Positions 61,572-64,000 of a stretch of DNA of 64,000 nucleotides are shown piece by piece. The translations under genes and the position numbers were made by a program. Source of the DNA: Nitrosopumilus sp. (GTDB taxonomy: Archaea; Thermoproteota; Nitrososphaeria; Nitrososphaerales; Nitrosopumilaceae); the NCBI GenBank assembly GCA_024644105.1, contig JAHELP010000001.1:20672-84671 (forward strand), written 5' to 3'. The stretch's first letter is position 1; each line of letters opens with the position of its first letter. The notes beneath the pieces were generated by a model. That model did no database searches. It was given only the letters and a program-made list of their open reading frames with translations, and was not told the DNA's origin.

Positions 61572-63290
61572 TTACATCATTCCGCCCATGTCAGGCATTC
61601 CACCCATACCTGGCATGCCGCCCATTCCACCCATTCCAGGTGGCATTCCTGGCATTCCACCTTCTCCTCCACCTGGAGGTCCTCCTGCAGATTTCTGAGT
61701 TGCAATAACATCATCTATTCTTAGAATCATGCATGCAGCTTCTGCAGCAGCTGAAACAATTTGAAGTTTAACTGCAAGGGGTTCAATGATATCACTTGAT
61801 TTCATATTACCAATCTTTGCTTTCATTACATCAATTCCAGTCCATTTTTCTCCTTTCTGTTGTTTAGAACGAAGAAGTGTAAGAGTGTCAATTGGATCCA
61901 TTCCTGCATTATCAGCTAGAGCCATTGGAATTTCTTCTAATGCATCTGCAAATTTTTCTGCTGCTAGTTGTTCTCTACCTTCCAAAGATTTTGCCCAACC
62001 ACGAATTTTGGTTGCTGCAAATGTTTCTGGAGCTCCACCACCTGCAACTATCTCAGGTTTTAAAATTACATCTTTTACAACCATTAAAGCATCATGAACA
62101 GAGCGTTCAACTTCATCAACTACTCTTTGAGAACCAGCACGAAGAAGTAATGTGACAGCCTTTGGATGTTTACAACCTTCAACAAATACCCATTTGTCTT
62201 CTTCAATTTTTCTTTCTTCAACAACTTCAGCAGAACCAAGATCTTTTTCAAAAAGATCATCAAGATTTGTAACTATTCTGGCTCCTGTTGCTTTTGCAAG
62301 TTTTGTAAGATCACTTTCTTTAATTCTTCTAACTGCAATTATACCTGCTTTTGCTAGATAATGTTGAGCCATATCATCTAATCCTTTTTGACATAAGACT
62401 ACATTTGCACCAGAACCAATGACTTTGTCAACCATTGTTTTTAACATTCTATTTTCTTCATCTAGGAATGATTTTAGTTGTTGAGGATTTGAAATGTTAA
62501 TTTTAGCATCAGTTTCGGTTTTACTAATTTCTAATGCAGTATTAATTAATGCAATTTTAGCATCAGTGATTTTTCTAGGCATACCACCATGAACAATTTC
62601 TTTATCAAGAACAATTCCTTGAATAATCATTGAATCTTTGATTGAACCACCTGCTTTCTTTTCAACTTTAATATCATCAATGTCTACATCAAAAGATTCA
62701 CCATCCTTTTCAGCAACAGCAAGTACCGATTTTACTATAATATCTGCAAGGAGATCAGAGTCTTTTCTAACAAGTTTTGTTTGCATTGAAGTTTTTGCAA
62801 TTTTATTTAGAATATTTTTATCATTTGCTGTAATTGTATCTGCAATTTCTTCAAGGTATTCTTTTGCCTTTCTTGCAGCTTTTCTATATCCATCAACAAT
62901 AATTGTTGGATGAACATCTTGATCAATTAATGATTCAGCTTGTGATAGTAATGCACCTGCTAAGATAACTGCAGATGTTGTTCCATCTCCAACTTCATTA
63001 TCTGTAGTTTTTGAGATTTCTACTAGCATTTTTGCTGCTGGATGTTGAACATCAATTTCTTTTAAGATGGTTGCACCATCATTTGTAATAGTAACATCAC
63101 CTAGTGAGTCAACTAGCATTTTATCCATTCCTCGTGGACCTAGGCTTGTATGAACAATTTCAGAAATGATTTTGGCTGCAGCAATGTTATTTTTTTGGGC
63201 TTCTCGTCCTTTGGTTTCAGAACCGCCCTCTTTGAGTAATACAACGGGCATATTACCTTTTGAAGTTGCTTGCATTCCCATAGATGCCAA
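61572..63290 (-). CDS. ths: Thermosome subunit (group II chaperonin)
   Basis: 572 aa. Contains '[11 protein letters not shown]', 'ITNDGATIL', 'GDGTTSAV' and 'VAGGGAPE', plus a C-terminal GGM-repeat tail. Confidence 0.95.
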   Translation of the reverse strand: MASMGMQATSKGNMPVVLLKEGGSETKGREAQKNNIAAAKIISEIVHTSLGPRGMDKMLVDSLGDVTITNDGATILKEIDVQHPAAKMLVEISKTTDNEVGDGTTSAVILAGALLSQAESLIDQDVHPTIIVDGYRKAARKAKEYLEEIADTITANDKNILNKIAKTSMQTKLVRKDSDLLADIIVKSVLAVAEKDGESFDVDIDDIKVEKKAGGSIKDSMIIQGIVLDKEIVHGGMPRKITDAKIALINTALEISKTETDAKINISNPQQLKSFLDEENRMLKTMVDKVIGSGANVVLCQKGLDDMAQHYLAKAGIIAVRRIKESDLTKLAKATGARIVTNLDDLFEKDLGSAEVVEERKIEEDKWVFVEGCKHPKAVTLLLRAGSQRVVDEVERSVHDALMVVKDVILKPEIVAGGGAPETFAATKIRGWAKSLEGREQLAAEKFADALEEIPMALADNAGMDPIDTLTLLRSKQQKGEKWTGIDVMKAKIGNMKSSDIIEPLAVKLQIVSAAAEAACMILRIDDVIATQKSAGGPPGGGEGGMPGMPPGMGGMGGMPGMGGMPDMGGMM

Positions 63291-63326
63291 AACTCCGGAT
63301 TCCCCTTTTATACCTTCCAGATCAAG

Positions 63327-63358
63327 ATCGGTGTTTTTGAAATCATATCGGTGTTTTT
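63327..63358. promoter_or_regulatory. 12-bp direct repeat ATCGGTGTTTTT x2 (20-bp period) in the thermosome/glyA divergent promoter region
   Basis: Copies at 63327-63338 and 63347-63358. These are among the few G+C-containing words in the 94-bp intergenic region 63291-63384. Confidence 0.85.
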
Positions 63359-63384
63359 AAATTGGGAAAATTAAGTTGCAAAAT

Positions 63385-64000
63385 ATGGCTAAATCACAGA
63401 ATAAAGCATCTTATGATAAAATTTTTGCAAAATTAAAAGAACACCACAAATGGTTTGAAAATTCAATTCCATTGATTGCAAGTGAGAATATTCCTAGTCC
63501 AGCAGTTAGAGAAGCAATAATTTCTGATTTTGGAAATAGATATGCTGAAGGATGGCCTGGTGAGAGAGTATACGCGGGTTGTGTCTACATTGATGATGTA
63601 GAGTTTGAATGTATGAAATTAGCTAAAAAGTTATACAAAGCAAAATTTGCTGATGTAAGACCAATTTCTGGTGTTGTTGCAAATTTAGCAGTGTATTCTG
63701 CATTTACAAATCCTGGAGACATTATGTTAGCACCTTCTATACCAGCAGGTGGACATATTTCACATGGTAAAAAAGAACATTCAGGAACTGCAGGTTTGGT
63801 ACATGGATTGGAAATAGAGTTCTATCCATTTGATGCAGAAGAAATGACAATTGATGTAGATAAGACAAAACAAAAAGTTAAAGATCTTAAAAAAGCAAAT
63901 CGTCTTCCTAAGATGGCAATGTTTGGTGGTTCGTTATTCTTGTTTCCTCATCCTGTAAAAGAATTATCAGATTTTCTAAAAAGTTATGGAATGCATATCA
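63385..64000 (+). CDS. glyA: Serine hydroxymethyltransferase (5' part, runs off the window)
   Basis: Hand translation from ATG 63385: MAKSQNKASYDKIFAKLKEHHKWFENSIPLIASENIPSPAVREAIISDFGNRYAEGWPGERVYAGC.... The 'LIASEN' and 'RYAEG.PG.R.Y.G' motifs are those of SHMT. Confidence 0.9.
   Translation, partial: MAKSQNKASYDKIFAKLKEHHKWFENSIPLIASENIPSPAVREAIISDFGNRYAEGWPGERVYAGCVYIDDVEFECMKLAKKLYKAKFADVRPISGVVANLAVYSAFTNPGDIMLAPSIPAGGHISHGKKEHSGTAGLVHGLEIEFYPFDAEEMTIDVDKTKQKVKDLKKANRLPKMAMFGGSLFLFPHPVKELSDFLKSYGMHI

Noticed and set aside
61572-61690. Repetitive nucleotide tract (ggcattcc/cccattcc variants) at the 3' end of the thermosome gene
   Set aside because: This is the coding sequence of the well-known C-terminal GGM-repeat tail of group II chaperonins. 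It is not a mobile or regulatory DNA repeat.
61786-63360. Seven plus-strand track ORFs antisense to the thermosome gene
   Set aside because: All are nested antisense to a 572-aa chaperonin with unmistakable motifs. They are typical antisense open frames.

Overview
This is an AT-rich, tightly packed archaeal chromosome segment. I ran no searches or computations. All functional calls come from motifs I recognise in the supplied translations, and all RNA and repeat calls come from reading the nucleotides by eye.

Gene content: glycerol-1-phosphate dehydrogenase, thermosome, PCNA/TFS/RpoL, aCPSF1 next to proteasome beta, a class-I CCA-adding enzyme, and Amt with divergent PII proteins. Also present are a membrane-anchored plastocyanin-like cupredoxin, the BluB/CbiH cobamide genes, a PEF-CTERM-like sorting signal and many tiny Cys-rich proteins. 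This points to an ammonia-oxidising Nitrosopumilus-type thaumarchaeon (inference).

I support about 85 CDS and 3 tRNAs. None of the tRNAs encodes CCA, and one carries an 18-nt intron in the D-loop. There are several short perfect direct repeats in promoter regions. I see no rRNA, CRISPR array, transposase, integrase or prophage signature. Most of the window is core housekeeping.

The best candidate for something undescribed is the nitrogen-sensing neighbourhood at 34.2-40.2 kb:
- A Cache-HAMP-nucleotidyl-cyclase sensor.
- A Roadblock-like small protein translationally coupled (ATGA overlap) to amt, in the position where glnK normally sits.
- A perfect 3 x 11-bp tandem repeat in the amt/PII divergent promoter.
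- A PII with an aberrant T-loop, followed by two micro-TM ORFs.
- A PII domain fused to an unknown ~90-aa C-terminal domain.
- A J-domain protein whose HPD motif reads HSD.

Other items worth a second look:
- An MtrA-like putative corrinoid protein coupled to a DegT aminotransferase.
- Two tandem paralogous ~50-aa ORFs missed by the ORF track.
- A 39-aa metallothionein-like Cys/His-rich ORF in an unusually long AT-rich gap.
- bluB next to an FMN reductase.
- Eukaryote-type C2H2 and AN1 zinc-finger mini-proteins.
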